Positions 1 through 9,716 of a stretch of DNA of 64,000 bases are shown piece by piece. A model generated the notes under the pieces. The model made no database searches and was not told the origin of the DNA. It saw nothing but the letters and a program-made list of their open reading frames with translations. Where the stretch lies: the NCBI GenBank assembly GCA_900540365.1, contig UQFN01000004.1:51362-115361 (forward strand), read 5' to 3'. How positions within the stretch are numbered: position 1 is the stretch's first letter; each line of letters starts with the position of its first letter. Made by a program: the position numbers and the translations under genes. The stretch is from an uncultured Mollicutes bacterium (GTDB lineage Bacteria; Bacillota_I; Bacilli_A; RFN20; CAG-826).

Positions 1-1
1 T

Positions 2-535
2 GGTCATAATTTAATTTTTATTGGAAGATTTGCTGATCAAAAAAATCCTATTTTGTTAATAGAAGTTATGAACGAACTTATTAAGATTAACAAAGAATTT
101 AGGCTTGAAATGTATGGAGATGGCAAATTGAAAGATGAAATTATTGCAAGAATTACAACATTACATTTAGAAAATAATATTAAAATTTATAAACCGAGCA
201 ACGATATTGAAGGTATTTTAAAAAATAAAGATTTACTTATTTTAACTAGTCTTTATGAAGGAATGCCTTTAGTTATTAATGAAGCTGCTAGTTGTTCAGT
301 CCCTGTTTTATCTACAAACTTTGGTGAATCAGTTCAAGATTCAATTACAAATAAAAATGGAATAGTAGTCGATTCATTTAATCCATTAATTATCGCAAAT
401 ACAATTAATGTACTGTTTTTAAATCAAGAAAAGCTAATAAATTTAAAACGTTCTGCTTACGAATTTTCTCAAAAATTTAACAAAAAAAGTATTAAAAATG
501 AGTGGTTGAGCGTCTTAAATAAGATAAAAAAATAG
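2..535 (+). CDS. Glycosyltransferase, GT-B fold (GT4-like), C-terminal part; 5' end lies outside the window
   Basis: The frame is open from nt 2 (GHNLIFIGRFADQKNP...). It carries the typical GT4 C-terminal motif LTSLYEGMPLVINEAASCSVPVLSTNFG (E-x7-E region). Confidence 0.6.
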   Translation, partial: GHNLIFIGRFADQKNPILLIEVMNELIKINKEFRLEMYGDGKLKDEIIARITTLHLENNIKIYKPSNDIEGILKNKDLLILTSLYEGMPLVINEAASCSVPVLSTNFGESVQDSITNKNGIVVDSFNPLIIANTINVLFLNQEKLINLKRSAYEFSQKFNKKSIKNEWLSVLNKIKK

Positions 536-555
536 AAAAAATAATCAAAAAATAG

Positions 556-584
556 TTGCTTTATATTTATATATATAGTAAACT
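556..584 (+). promoter_or_regulatory. Candidate sigma-A promoter of the S10 operon (TTGCTT-17-TAAACT)
   Basis: The -35-like TTGCTT is at 556-561 and the -10-like TAAACT at 579-584, with a 17 nt spacer. The AT-rich background makes this tentative. Confidence 0.3.
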
Positions 585-590
585 TTTGAC

Positions 591-701
591 ACTGGCGTTT
601 GCATTGAAGTGCGAGATTGCTGATACACCCACAGGCGTTGTCATGAAGGGAATCAGGTAACTCGTTCTGAGCAATATGAGCCTGTAGGAAAGGAGAAATT
701 C
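591..701 (+). promoter_or_regulatory. Structured, comparatively GC-rich 5' leader of rpsJ (candidate r-protein autoregulatory leader)
   Basis: Complementary segments are GCGAG 611-615/CTCGT 661-665, CTGAT 620-624/ATCAG 652-656 and CCC 628-630/GGG 648-650. A competing pairing, ACAGGC 631-636/GCCTGT 680-685, abuts the RBS aggaaaggag. Confidence 0.35.
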
Positions 702-1013
702 ATGGCAAAAGTTAAAAAAATTAGAGTTCGTTTACAAGCTTATGAACACAAAGTCTTAGACTATGCAGTTGAGAAAATTGTAAATGCAATTACTAAAACA
801 GGTGCTAGTGTAGTAGGACCTATTCCACTTCCAACGGAAAAACAAGTCTACACAATATTAAGAGCTGTTCATAAATACAAAGATTCTCGTGAACAATTCG
901 AAATTAGAACACATAAGAGAATTATTGATATTATCGGTCCAAACAATGATACTATCGAAGCATTAAGAAAACTTGATCTTCCTAGTGGTGTTGACATCGA
1001 TATCAAATTATAG
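702..1013 (+). CDS. rpsJ: 30S ribosomal protein S10
   Basis: 103 aa. [14 protein letters not shown]...GPIPLPT is a canonical S10 sequence, and it is the first gene of the S10 cluster. Confidence 0.97.
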   Translation: MAKVKKIRVRLQAYEHKVLDYAVEKIVNAITKTGASVVGPIPLPTEKQVYTILRAVHKYKDSREQFEIRTHKRIIDIIGPNNDTIEALRKLDLPSGVDIDIKL

Positions 1014-1025
1014 GAGGTAAGATAG

Positions 1026-1733
1026 ATGAAAAGTATCATCGGTCGTAAAATGGGGATGACCCAAGTATACGCAGAAGATGGAACAATGTATGCAGTCACT
1101 GTTATTGAAGTCTTGCCTAACGTTGTAACATTAAAGAAAACTATTGAAAAAGATGGTTATGAAGCCATTCAAGTCGGTTACGAAGATAAAAAAGAAAATG
1201 CTTTAAATAAAGCTCAAAAGGGTATTTATAAAAAAGCAGGAGTTGCTACTAAAGCTCATTTATATGAATTAACTGGCGATGAAATGCTTAAGTTCGAAGT
1301 TGGTAATGAAATCAAAGCTGATTTATTCCAAGATGGAGAAGTAGTTGACGTAATCGGAACTAGCAAAGGTAGAGGAACTGCTGGTGTTATTAAAAGATGG
1401 AAACATCATATCGGACCTAAAGGACATGGTAGTGGCTATCATAGACAACAAGGTTCATTCGCTAATAATGGACGTTGCAATAACCGTGTTATTCCTGGTA
1501 AGAAAATGTCAGGACATTATGGTTCACAAAGTGCAACAGTCTTAAATCAAGTAATTGTTAAAGTAGATGCTACTAAAAACTACATTCTTGTAAAAGGCGG
1601 AGTTCCAGGACCAAAATTAAGCATTGTTAAAATTAGAAGTGCAATTAAAGATCAATTAGGTACAAAACCAACTGTTTCTAAATTAATTGATCGTAGCGAA
1701 AATACTGAAGCAACTAATACAGAAGCTAAATAG
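1026..1733 (+). CDS. rplC: 50S ribosomal protein L3
   Basis: 235 aa. The N-terminus GRKMGMTQVY and the motif GTSKGRGTAGVIKRW match L3, and the operon position fits. It has an extra C-terminal tail of about 25 aa. Confidence 0.97.
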   Translation: MKSIIGRKMGMTQVYAEDGTMYAVTVIEVLPNVVTLKKTIEKDGYEAIQVGYEDKKENALNKAQKGIYKKAGVATKAHLYELTGDEMLKFEVGNEIKADLFQDGEVVDVIGTSKGRGTAGVIKRWKHHIGPKGHGSGYHRQQGSFANNGRCNNRVIPGKKMSGHYGSQSATVLNQVIVKVDATKNYILVKGGVPGPKLSIVKIRSAIKDQLGTKPTVSKLIDRSENTEATNTEAK

Positions 1734-1750
1734 TAGAAAGGAGATTAAAT

Positions 1751-2374
1751 ATGGCTGATATGAAATTAAATGTTTACAATCAAAACGGCGAAAAAGTTTC
1801 TACTATTAATGTCGCAAAAGATGTATTTGGTTGTGAAGTTAATAATCAAGTTATGTTTGATGCAGTTACTGTTTATATGGCTAATTTACGTCAAGCAACT
1901 GCAAAAACAAAAAATAGAAGCGAAGTAAGTGGTGGTGGTAAAAAACCATTTAGACAAAAAGGAACTGGTAGAGCCAGAGCAGGAAGCACAAGAAGTCCTA
2001 TCTGGGTTGGCGGTGGAAATGTCTTTGGACCAAAAGGAAACCAAAACTTCAAAATCAAACAAAACAAAAAAGAACATAACTTAGCATTAAGAAGTGCATT
2101 ATCTCAATTAGGAAGTAAAAATATTTACGTTCTTGATGAGGTTAAAGTAAATGGAAAAACAAGCGAAGTTGTTGCTTTATTAAAAGGATTAAAACTTGAT
2201 AATAAAAAAGTCTTAGTTGTTACAAGTGATGATTTAGTTTATAGAGCAAGTGCTAACTTAGCAAACTTAGTCTTAAGAACAAATGACAATGTTTCTGTTT
2301 ACGATTTATTAAATGCTCAAGCCTTATTATTAAATAAGGAAGAAGTCAAAGTATTAGAGGAGGGACTTAAATAA
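1751..2374 (+). CDS. rplD: 50S ribosomal protein L4
   Basis: 207 aa. GGGKKPFRQKGTGRARAGSTRSPIWVGGG is the L4 signature. Confidence 0.97.
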   Translation: MADMKLNVYNQNGEKVSTINVAKDVFGCEVNNQVMFDAVTVYMANLRQATAKTKNRSEVSGGGKKPFRQKGTGRARAGSTRSPIWVGGGNVFGPKGNQNFKIKQNKKEHNLALRSALSQLGSKNIYVLDEVKVNGKTSEVVALLKGLKLDNKKVLVVTSDDLVYRASANLANLVLRTNDNVSVYDLLNAQALLLNKEEVKVLEEGLK

Positions 2375-2712
2375 TGGCTAGAAAGAAAGTTGAAAAGACT
2401 GAAGCTGTAGTTAAAAGAGCCACAATTAATGATTTTGATATCATTATTGAACCTCTAATAACTGAAAAAAGTATGTCTTTATCTCAAGAAGCTAACAAAG
2501 CAACATTTATTGTTAAAGATAATGCTAATAAGATTGCTATTAAAAAAGCAGTTGAACACATCTATAACGTTCATGTAACTGGTGTTCAAACAGTTAACGT
2601 TCCAAGTAAAAAAACTACACGTGGTGGAAGATATAAAGGAACATTACCTGGCTTTAAAAAAGCTATTGTTACTATTAAAGATGGTGAAGCAATCGATTTA
2701 TTCAAAGAATAG
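2374..2712 (+). CDS. rplW: 50S ribosomal protein L23
   Basis: 112 aa. DIIIEPLITEKS and its position between L4 and L2 support the call. The start overlaps the rplD stop (TAATG). Confidence 0.95.
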   Translation: MARKKVEKTEAVVKRATINDFDIIIEPLITEKSMSLSQEANKATFIVKDNANKIAIKKAVEHIYNVHVTGVQTVNVPSKKTTRGGRYKGTLPGFKKAIVTIKDGEAIDLFKE

Positions 2713-2738
2713 TAATTACTTAAATATAGGAGAAAAAT

Positions 2739-3575
2739 ATGTCAATTAAAAATTATAAACCATACACTCCTTCTCGTAGAGCAATGACCACAATTAGTTA
2801 CGAGGAGATTACAAAATCAACTCCTGAAAAAAGTTTAGTTATCACTTTAAAGAAAAGCGGCGGAAGAAATAACCAAGGCGTTATTACAACTCGTCATATC
2901 GGTGGCGGAAATAAAAGAAAATACCGTATCATTGACTTTAAAAGAGATAAGGATGGAGTTGTAGGAAAAGTCGCTGCTATTGAATATGATCCAAATAGAA
3001 ACGCTCACATCGCATTAATTAATTATGCTGATGGTGAAAAACGTTACATTATTCAACCAAAAGGATTAAAAGTTGGAGATAAAATCGTTAGCGGTGAAAA
3101 TTGCGATATCCTTAATGGTAACGCAATGTTACTTGAAAATATTCCTGAAGGTACTTTCGTTCATAACGTTGAACTTACTCCTAAAAAAGGCGGTCAACTT
3201 TGTAGAAGTGCTGGATGTAGTGCTCAAGTCTTAGGAAAAGAAGGAAAATATGTTATTGTTAGACTTCAATCCGGAGAAATGAGAAAGATTCTAGGAAAAT
3301 GTAAGGCTACAATCGGTGTAGTTGGTAACGAAGATTATAACTTAGTTAACATCGGAAAAGCTGGTAAAACTCGCTGGTTAGGTGTTAGACCAACTGTTAG
3401 AGGTAGCGCAATGAACCCACCTGATCACCCACATGGTGGTGGTGAAGGTAAATGTCCTATCGGTAGAGATGCACCTCGTACCCCTTGGGGTAAAAGAGCT
3501 CTTGGCGTTAAGACTCGTAAATCAAAGAAAGCTTCTACTAAATTAATTATTAGAAGAAAGAGTGATAAGAAGTAA
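2739..3575 (+). CDS. rplB: 50S ribosomal protein L2
   Basis: 278 aa. The motif [16 protein letters not shown] is diagnostic. Confidence 0.98.
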   Translation: MSIKNYKPYTPSRRAMTTISYEEITKSTPEKSLVITLKKSGGRNNQGVITTRHIGGGNKRKYRIIDFKRDKDGVVGKVAAIEYDPNRNAHIALINYADGEKRYIIQPKGLKVGDKIVSGENCDILNGNAMLLENIPEGTFVHNVELTPKKGGQLCRSAGCSAQVLGKEGKYVIVRLQSGEMRKILGKCKATIGVVGNEDYNLVNIGKAGKTRWLGVRPTVRGSAMNPPDHPHGGGEGKCPIGRDAPRTPWGKRALGVKTRKSKKASTKLIIRRKSDKK

Positions 3576-3591
3576 AGGAAAGGAGTAAATT

Positions 3592-3903
3592 ATGGCACGT
3601 AGTTTAAAAAAGGGACCATTTGTCGATGCTAGCTTAATGAAAAAAGTTGAAGCATTAAACAAAGCTAACAAAAAAGAAGTCATTAAGACTTGGTCAAGAA
3701 GAAGTACAATTTTTCCAGAATTTATCGAACATACCTTTGCTGTTTATAACGGACACGCCTTCATAACTGTATTTGTTACCGAAGATATGGTTGGACACAA
3801 ATTAGGTGAATTTGCTCCAACAAGAACATATAAAGGTCACTTTGGAAATAATGCTGAAGATAAAGCCGCTGCTATGGCTGCAGCTGGTGTTAAAAAGAAA
3901 TAG
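3592..3903 (+). CDS. rpsS: 30S ribosomal protein S19
   Basis: 103 aa. [12 protein letters not shown]...[16 protein letters not shown] matches S19. It has a short A/K-rich C-terminal tail. Confidence 0.97.
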   Translation: MARSLKKGPFVDASLMKKVEALNKANKKEVIKTWSRRSTIFPEFIEHTFAVYNGHAFITVFVTEDMVGHKLGEFAPTRTYKGHFGNNAEDKAAAMAAAGVKKK

Positions 3904-3916
3904 GAGGAAAGTTTAG

Positions 3917-4420
3917 ATGCCTAGAACAAAGAAAGTTGTTGAAAATGAAAATACTCAACAAGCTGAAGTTAAAGAAGAAAAAGTAACTAAAGCTAAAAAG
4001 ACTACTAAAGTTGCAAAAGCTAAAGCTCCTAAAAAAGAAACTAAAAAAGTTACTAAAAAAGAAGAAGTTAAAAAACCAGTTGTTACTGAAGCAAAAGCCA
4101 GCGCATTAAATGTCAAAGTAACTCCACGTAAAGCTAGATATGTCATCGATGTTGTTAGAGGAAAAGATGTTGCTGAAGCCTTAGCAATCTTATCTACATT
4201 ACGTCATAAAGCTGCTCCAATGGTTGCTAAAGTCATTAAAAGTGCAGCAAGTAATGCTACTAATAACTTCAATATGAATGGCGATAAATTATATGTCGCT
4301 TCAATCATGGCTAGCGATTCTATTAAAATGAAACGTTATCTTCCTAGAGCAAAAGGTAGTGCTAGTGGATTAATTAAAAGATTTGCTAACATCTACGTTG
4401 TTGTTAAAGAAAGAATGTAA
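3917..4420 (+). CDS. rplV: 50S ribosomal protein L22 with a ~55-60 aa K/T/E-rich N-terminal extension
   Basis: 167 aa. The canonical L22 core begins near NVKVTPRKARYVIDVVRGK. The preceding part is low-complexity KKxTKK-type sequence. Confidence 0.95.
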   Translation: MPRTKKVVENENTQQAEVKEEKVTKAKKTTKVAKAKAPKKETKKVTKKEEVKKPVVTEAKASALNVKVTPRKARYVIDVVRGKDVAEALAILSTLRHKAAPMVAKVIKSAASNATNNFNMNGDKLYVASIMASDSIKMKRYLPRAKGSASGLIKRFANIYVVVKERM

Positions 4421-4434
4421 GGAAGGAGAAATGC

Positions 4435-5112
4435 ATGGGACAAAAAGTTAATCCAGTAGGAATGAGAGTTGGAATTAATAAAAACTGGAATTCAAGATGG
4501 TTTGCTTCAAATAAGGACTATTCAAATTTCTTAATTGAAGATAATAAAATTAGAAAATTTATTGAAAAAAATCTTGATAAACAAGCATTCCTTTCTCACA
4601 TTGAAATCGAAAGAAAGAAAACAAATAAAGGTTATGTTGTTACAGTTCAAATCTTTGTAGCAAGACCTGGAGTTGTTATTGGCCAAGATGGTGTTAACAT
4701 TAACAACTTAAAGAAAAGTTTAGAAAAATTAATTAACAACACTAATTTAAAAGTTGATGTTGTTGAAGTTAAACAACCTTCACTCGATGCTAAAATTGTT
4801 TCTCTTCAAATTGCTAAACAATTAGAAGAAAGAGCAAGCTTTAGAATCGTTCAAAAGAAAGCATTAACTCAAGTAAGAAAAGCTGGAGCTAAAGGTATTA
4901 AGACTAGTGTTTCTGGTAGACTTGCTGGAGCTGATATTGCTCGTAGCGAAGGTTATAAAGACGGAACTATGGCTATCAATACCTTAAGAAGTGATATTGA
5001 TTATGCTTGTAGTGAAGCTATGACTACTTATGGTAAATTAGGCGTTAAAGTCTGGATTTGCCGTGGTGAAGTCGAAGAAAACCGTCCAAGTAATGATAAA
5101 AAAGGAGAGTAA
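4435..5112 (+). CDS. rpsC: 30S ribosomal protein S3
   Basis: 225 aa. MGQKVNPVGMRVGINKNWNSRWFA is the canonical S3 N-terminus. Confidence 0.98.
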   Translation: MGQKVNPVGMRVGINKNWNSRWFASNKDYSNFLIEDNKIRKFIEKNLDKQAFLSHIEIERKKTNKGYVVTVQIFVARPGVVIGQDGVNINNLKKSLEKLINNTNLKVDVVEVKQPSLDAKIVSLQIAKQLEERASFRIVQKKALTQVRKAGAKGIKTSVSGRLAGADIARSEGYKDGTMAINTLRSDIDYACSEAMTTYGKLGVKVWICRGEVEENRPSNDKKGE

Positions 5113-5115
5113 AGT

Positions 5116-5529
5116 ATGTTACAACCAAAAAGAGTTAAATACAGACGCCCTCATATCATTAAATATGAAGGATTAAGTAAAGCTGGTAACGAAGTTAGTT
5201 TCGGAACATATGGTCTCCAAGCTGTTACTGGAAATTATGTTAGTGATCGTCAAATTGAAGCTTGCCGTATTGTCCTTTCAAGATATACAAAACGTCAAGG
5301 TAAAATTTGGATTAGAATCTTCCCACACTTAGCAAAAACTAAAAAACCTGCTGAAGTTCGTATGGGTAGTGGTAAAGGTAATCCAGAGTACTGGGTTGCA
5401 GTCGTTAAGAAAAATAGAGTAATGTTTGAAATCGGTGGAGTCCCTGATGAGATGGCAATTGAAGCCTTAAGAATGGCAGCCTACAAACTTCCACTTAAAA
5501 CAAGAATAATTAAAAAGGAGGAAAAATAG
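5116..5529 (+). CDS. rplP: 50S ribosomal protein L16
   Basis: 137 aa. [11 protein letters not shown]...[17 protein letters not shown] matches L16. Confidence 0.98.
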   Translation: MLQPKRVKYRRPHIIKYEGLSKAGNEVSFGTYGLQAVTGNYVSDRQIEACRIVLSRYTKRQGKIWIRIFPHLAKTKKPAEVRMGSGKGNPEYWVAVVKKNRVMFEIGGVPDEMAIEALRMAAYKLPLKTRIIKKEEK

Positions 5530-5532
5530 TTT

Positions 5533-5730
5533 ATGAAAATTAGTGAAGTAAGAGAATTATCTACTGAAGAATTAAACGCTAAAGTTTACTCCTTAAAAGA
5601 ACAATTATTCAATTTAAGAAGAAAGAAAGCTGTTGGACAAATTGAAAATCCAAGCGAATTAAAAAGAGTTAGAAAAGACATTGCTCGTATCTATACAGTT
5701 CTTAAAGAAAGAGAACTTGGAATTAAATAG
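5533..5730 (+). CDS. rpmC: 50S ribosomal protein L29
   Basis: 65 aa. LRELSTEELNAKVYSLKEQLFNLR matches L29. Confidence 0.95.
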   Translation: MKISEVRELSTEELNAKVYSLKEQLFNLRRKKAVGQIENPSELKRVRKDIARIYTVLKERELGIK

Positions 5731-5741
5731 GGAGTGGATTT

Positions 5742-6065
5742 ATGGAAAATAGAAGACAAATTCAAGGAACAGTTATTAGTAATAAATCAAGTAAAACTAT
5801 TATTGTCCAAGTTGAATCTTATAAAAAACATCCTAAGTATAAGAAAAGAGTTCAATTTAGAAGTAAATATTATGCTCATGATGAATTAGAACAAGCTAAA
5901 GTTGGAGATGTTGTTACAATTGAAGAATGTCGTCCAATGAGTGCTACTAAAAGATTTAGATTAGTTAGCATTGATAAAAAAGCTCTCGAAGACATTAAAG
6001 TTCTTGAAGAAGAAGCTTTAGAAGAAGTCTTACACGAAGCAAAAGAAGAAAAGGAGGAAAAGTAA
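5742..6065 (+). CDS. rpsQ: 30S ribosomal protein S17 with an acidic C-terminal tail
   Basis: 107 aa. The core is QGTVISNKSSKTIIVQVE...ECRPMSATKRFRLV, followed by a tail of about 25 aa (E/K-rich, ...EEALEEVLHEAKEEKEEK). Confidence 0.95.
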   Translation: MENRRQIQGTVISNKSSKTIIVQVESYKKHPKYKKRVQFRSKYYAHDELEQAKVGDVVTIEECRPMSATKRFRLVSIDKKALEDIKVLEEEALEEVLHEAKEEKEEK

Positions 6066-6068
6066 TTT

Positions 6069-6443
6069 ATGATACAAGTCGAAACAAACTTAAAAGTTGC
6101 TGATAACTCCGGAGCTCGTATTGCTCGTGTTATTAGAATCTATGGTGGTAGCCATAGAAAAACTTGTTCAGTTGGTGATATTGTTCTTTGCGCAGTTAAA
6201 GATGCTATCCCAAATGGTAAAGTTAAAAAGAGCGATAAAGTTAAAGCTGTTATCGTTAGAACTAGTTATCCAGTAGAAAGAAAAGATGGATCAACTATTA
6301 GATTTGATGATAATGCTTGCGTTATTATTAACGAAGATAAAACTCCTGTTGGTTCTCGTGTATTTGGACCTGTCGCAAGAGAATTAAGAGATAAAGGTGA
6401 AACATTTATGAAGATTGTTTCCCTTGCTCCAGAAGTTTTATAG
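6069..6443 (+). CDS. rplN: 50S ribosomal protein L14
   Basis: 124 aa. [17 protein letters not shown] is the canonical L14 N-terminus. Confidence 0.98.
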   Translation: MIQVETNLKVADNSGARIARVIRIYGGSHRKTCSVGDIVLCAVKDAIPNGKVKKSDKVKAVIVRTSYPVERKDGSTIRFDDNACVIINEDKTPVGSRVFGPVARELRDKGETFMKIVSLAPEVL

Positions 6444-6456
6444 GAGGTTATTGGAT

Positions 6457-6768
6457 ATGAAACTTAAAAAAGGTGATAAAGTCATTGTAATAAGTGGCAA
6501 AGATAAAGGTAAAGTTGGTGTCATCCAAAGAGCCTATCCTAAACTAAATAAAATTGTTGTTGAAGGAGTTAATGTTCGTAAAAAACATCAAAAACCAACA
6601 CAACAAAATCCTGAAGGATCAATTGTTGAAATTTATGCTCCAATCGATGCTAGTAATGCAATGTATTACGATGCAAAGACTAAAAAAGGAACTCGTTTAG
6701 GTTATAAAGTAAATAAAGATGGTGTTAAAGTTAGAGTCGCTAAAAAAACTAACACCGAAATTAAGTAA
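6457..6768 (+). CDS. rplX: 50S ribosomal protein L24
   Basis: The ORF track starts at 6415, inside rplN. The AGGAGG at 6442-6447 followed by the ATG at 6457 gives [19 protein letters not shown], the canonical L24 N-terminus. Confidence 0.93.
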   Translation: MKLKKGDKVIVISGKDKGKVGVIQRAYPKLNKIVVEGVNVRKKHQKPTQQNPEGSIVEIYAPIDASNAMYYDAKTKKGTRLGYKVNKDGVKVRVAKKTNTEIK

Positions 6769-6784
6769 TTAGGAGGAAGAACTT

Positions 6785-7537
6785 ATGGCAAACGAAAAAG
6801 AAACAAAGACAGTAAGTAAAACTGCTCCTAAAAAAACTACAACTAAAAAAGAAGGAACAGCTACTAAGAAAACAACTGCTACAAAAGCTAAAGCTACTAA
6901 AGAAGTTAAAGCAGAAAAAGTTGAAAAAGTAGAAAAAGTCGCTGCTACTAAAAAAGTTGAAAAAACTCCTCGTGGCGAACATAAAGTTAGTGCTAGAACA
7001 ACTCGTTTATTAGAAAAATATAAAACTGAACTTGTTCCAGCTTTAACTGCTAAATTTAACTACACATCAGTTATGCAAGTTCCACATCTTGAAAAAATCG
7101 TTATCAATATTGGTGTTGGTGATGCTACTCAAGATTCAAAACGTTTAGATGAATGTGTTAGTGAATTAGCTTTAATTAGTGGTCAAAAACCTATTATTAC
7201 CAAAGCTAAAAATAGTATTGCTACTTTTAAATTAAGAGAAGGTCAGGCAATTGGTTGTAAAGTTACTTTAAGAGGAATTAGAATGTATGAATTTTTCGAT
7301 AAATTAGTTTCTATTTCTCTCCCACGTGTTAGAGATTTCCGTGGTGTAAGTAAGAACGCTTTCGATGGAAGAGGAAATTATACTTTAGGTATTAAAGAAC
7401 AATTAATTTTCCCAGAAATCGATTATGATAAAGTAGGAAAAGTTAGAGGTATGGATATCGTTATAGTTACAACAGCTAATAGCGATGAAGAAGCTTATTC
7501 TTTATTAGAAGGCTTAGGCATGCCATTTAGCAAATAG
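6785..7537 (+). CDS. rplE: 50S ribosomal protein L5 with a ~70 aa K/T/A/E-rich N-terminal extension
   Basis: 250 aa. The canonical L5 core starts near [20 protein letters not shown]. The extension contains three 9-nt units (GAAAAAGTN) at 6914-6940. Confidence 0.95.
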   Translation: MANEKETKTVSKTAPKKTTTKKEGTATKKTTATKAKATKEVKAEKVEKVEKVAATKKVEKTPRGEHKVSARTTRLLEKYKTELVPALTAKFNYTSVMQVPHLEKIVINIGVGDATQDSKRLDECVSELALISGQKPIITKAKNSIATFKLREGQAIGCKVTLRGIRMYEFFDKLVSISLPRVRDFRGVSKNAFDGRGNYTLGIKEQLIFPEIDYDKVGKVRGMDIVIVTTANSDEEAYSLLEGLGMPFSK

Positions 7538-7547
7538 GAGAATAAAG

Positions 7548-7733
7548 ATGGCAAAGACAAGTTTAAAAATCAAGCAATCTAGACCACAAAAATTTAAAGT
7601 CAGAGAATATACCCGTTGTAAAAGATGTGGTAGACCTCACGCAGTCTATTCAAAATTCGGACTTTGTAGAATTTGTTTAAGAGAACTCGCTTATAAAGGT
7701 GAGATTCCAGGACTTAAAAAGTCTTCATGGTAA
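7548..7733 (+). CDS. rpsN: 30S ribosomal protein S14, zinc-binding type Z
   Basis: 61 aa, with the zinc motif CKRCGRPH...CRIC (C-x2-C...C-x2-C). Confidence 0.96.
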   Translation: MAKTSLKIKQSRPQKFKVREYTRCKRCGRPHAVYSKFGLCRICLRELAYKGEIPGLKKSSW

Positions 7734-7748
7734 TAAGGAGGAAACACG

Positions 7749-8147
7749 ATGCATCAAGATCCAATCGCAGATATGTTAACACGTATTAGAAATGCTAATG
7801 CTTTAAATCATGAAAGTGTTTCTATGCCTTCAAGCAAAATGAAAGTCGCAATTGCTAAAATTCTTTTACAAGAAGGATTTATATCTGATTATAAAGAAGA
7901 AAAATTAGATGAAAATAAAAAGACCTTAACTATCACTTTAAAATATGGTGAAGATGGTCGAAAAGTTATTTCTGGACTTAGAAGAATTTCTAAACCAGGT
8001 TTAAGAGTCACTTGTGATTCAAAACACATTCCAAGCGTCTTAAGAGGACTTGGAATTGCAATTATTTCTACTAGCAAAGGTTTATTAACTGATAAAGGTT
8101 GTAAACAACAAAATGTTGGTGGTGAAGTAATTTGCTATGTTTGGTAA
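7749..8147 (+). CDS. rpsH: 30S ribosomal protein S8
   Basis: 132 aa. [13 protein letters not shown] is the canonical S8 N-terminus. Confidence 0.98.
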   Translation: MHQDPIADMLTRIRNANALNHESVSMPSSKMKVAIAKILLQEGFISDYKEEKLDENKKTLTITLKYGEDGRKVISGLRRISKPGLRVTCDSKHIPSVLRGLGIAIISTSKGLLTDKGCKQQNVGGEVICYVW

Positions 8148-8162
8148 TAGGAGATTGTAGTT

Positions 8163-8708
8163 ATGTCACGTATAGGTAATAAACTTATTCCTTTAGTTGA
8201 AGGAGTTACACTTACAATTGAAAATAATTACGTCGATGTCAAAGGTAAAAATGGCGAAGACAAAATTTCTTATGATCCAAAATTATTAAAAATCGAAGTT
8301 GTTGATAATCATGTCAAAATTACTCGTGCTAATGATTTAAAAGCAACTAAACAAATTCATGGAACAACAAGAGCTTTATTAAATAACGCTATTATTGGTT
8401 GTTCAAAAGGATTTACTAAAGAATTAGAAATAATCGGTATCGGATATCGTGCTGAATTAAAAGGTAAAGATATTTGTTTATATATGGGTTATGCTAATCC
8501 AGTTACTATTTCACCTTTAGAAGGTGTTAGTATTAGTTTAAAAGATCCAACTCACGTTAGTGTTAGTGGTAGTGATAAATTTAGAGTTGGTCAAACCGCT
8601 GCATTAATTAGAAACGTTCGTAAGCCAGAACCTTACTTAGGTAAAGGTATTAAATATAAAGGCGAATTTATCTTACGTAAAGAAGGTAAGAGAGCTGGTA
8701 AGAAGTAA
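8163..8708 (+). CDS. rplF: 50S ribosomal protein L6
   Basis: 181 aa. MSRIGNKLIP...PEPYLGKGIKY matches L6. Confidence 0.97.
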   Translation: MSRIGNKLIPLVEGVTLTIENNYVDVKGKNGEDKISYDPKLLKIEVVDNHVKITRANDLKATKQIHGTTRALLNNAIIGCSKGFTKELEIIGIGYRAELKGKDICLYMGYANPVTISPLEGVSISLKDPTHVSVSGSDKFRVGQTAALIRNVRKPEPYLGKGIKYKGEFILRKEGKRAGKK

Positions 8709-8722
8709 GGAGTTAAGAGTTT

Positions 8723-9082
8723 ATGATTAAAAAGATTGATAAAAACGCCGTAAGAGTAAGAAAACATGCCCGTGTCCTTAAAAAGTTAAAAGGCGGAACT
8801 GCTGAAACTCCACGTTTATGTGTATATCGTTCTAATAAGAATATTGAAGTTCAAGTTATTGACGATGTTAAAGGAGTAACACTTGCTTCTTCTAGTAGTG
8901 AACAACTTCACCTTGAACATGGTAATAACATTGCTGCTGCAAAAATTGTTGGAGCAGATATTGCTAAAAAATGTTTAGCTTTAAAAATTACTAAAATTAA
9001 ATTTGATAGAGCCGGATATTTATATCATGGTCGTGTAAAAGCTTTAGCTGATGCTGCTCGTGAAGCTGGTTTAGAATTCTAA
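8723..9082 (+). CDS. rplR: 50S ribosomal protein L18
   Basis: 119 aa. [18 protein letters not shown]...[26 protein letters not shown] matches L18. Confidence 0.97.
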   Translation: MIKKIDKNAVRVRKHARVLKKLKGGTAETPRLCVYRSNKNIEVQVIDDVKGVTLASSSSEQLHLEHGNNIAAAKIVGADIAKKCLALKITKIKFDRAGYLYHGRVKALADAAREAGLEF

Positions 9083-9092
9083 GGAGAACAAT

Positions 9093-9716
9093 ATGGAAAA
9101 TAACGAAAAGAAAGAAACTGTTGTAGCAGAAAATGCTGCTACAAAACAAGAAACTTCAGCTCCTGAAAATGCTAAAAAAGCTCCTCGTGAAAAAGGAAAA
9201 CGTCCTTTTGTAAAAAGAGAAAGAAAAGTTGAAGTTAAAGAATACGAAGAAAGAGTAGTTGCTATTAATAGAGTTTGTAAAACTGTTAAGGGTGGTAGAA
9301 GAATGAAATTTAGCGCCCTTGTAGTTGTTGGCAATGGCAAAGGTAAATATGGCTTTGGAACTGGAAAAAGTAGTGAAGTCCCAGATGCTATTAAAAAAGC
9401 TGTTGATCAAGCAAAAAGAAATATCTCAACTATTCGTATGGTTGGTGAAGGAAGTATTCCTCACGAAGTTGTTGGACAATTTGGTGCTACTAAAGTTTTC
9501 TTAAAACCTGCTCCTGCTGGTACTGGAATTATTGCTGGTGGTGCTGTCCGTGCAATTCTTGAATTAAGTGGAGTTAAAAACGTTTATAGTAAAGTCTATG
9601 GAAGTAGAACTGCTATTAATGTTATTAGAGCTACAAATGATGCAATTATTAATTTAAAAAATTATAAGAGTGTCAAAGCATTAAGAAGTAAGGAGGATGC
9701 AACCGATGTTAAATAA
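9093..9716 (+). CDS. rpsE: 30S ribosomal protein S5 with a ~45 aa N-terminal extension
   Basis: 207 aa. The core begins at [34 protein letters not shown]. Confidence 0.96.
   Translation: MENNEKKETVVAENAATKQETSAPENAKKAPREKGKRPFVKRERKVEVKEYEERVVAINRVCKTVKGGRRMKFSALVVVGNGKGKYGFGTGKSSEVPDAIKKAVDQAKRNISTIRMVGEGSIPHEVVGQFGATKVFLKPAPAGTGIIAGGAVRAILELSGVKNVYSKVYGSRTAINVIRATNDAIINLKNYKSVKALRSKEDATDVK

Noticed and set aside
560-584. dif-like half-site (TATAGTAAACT resembles the TTATGTAAACT arm of the Firmicute dif site) upstream of rpsJ
   Set aside because: Only one arm matches partially (8 of 11). The other arm is absent, the location next to the ribosomal operon is atypical for a terminus site, and the sequence is better explained as promoter DNA.
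6415-6456. Upstream-extended starts proposed by the ORF track (rplX 6415, rplO 9697, proS 17569, ABC 19610, ylxM 44689, ffh 44987, rbgA 48821)
   Set aside because: In each case a downstream ATG has a properly spaced Shine-Dalgarno sequence and gives the canonical family N-terminus. The extended versions overlap the upstream gene, an RBS or a terminator.
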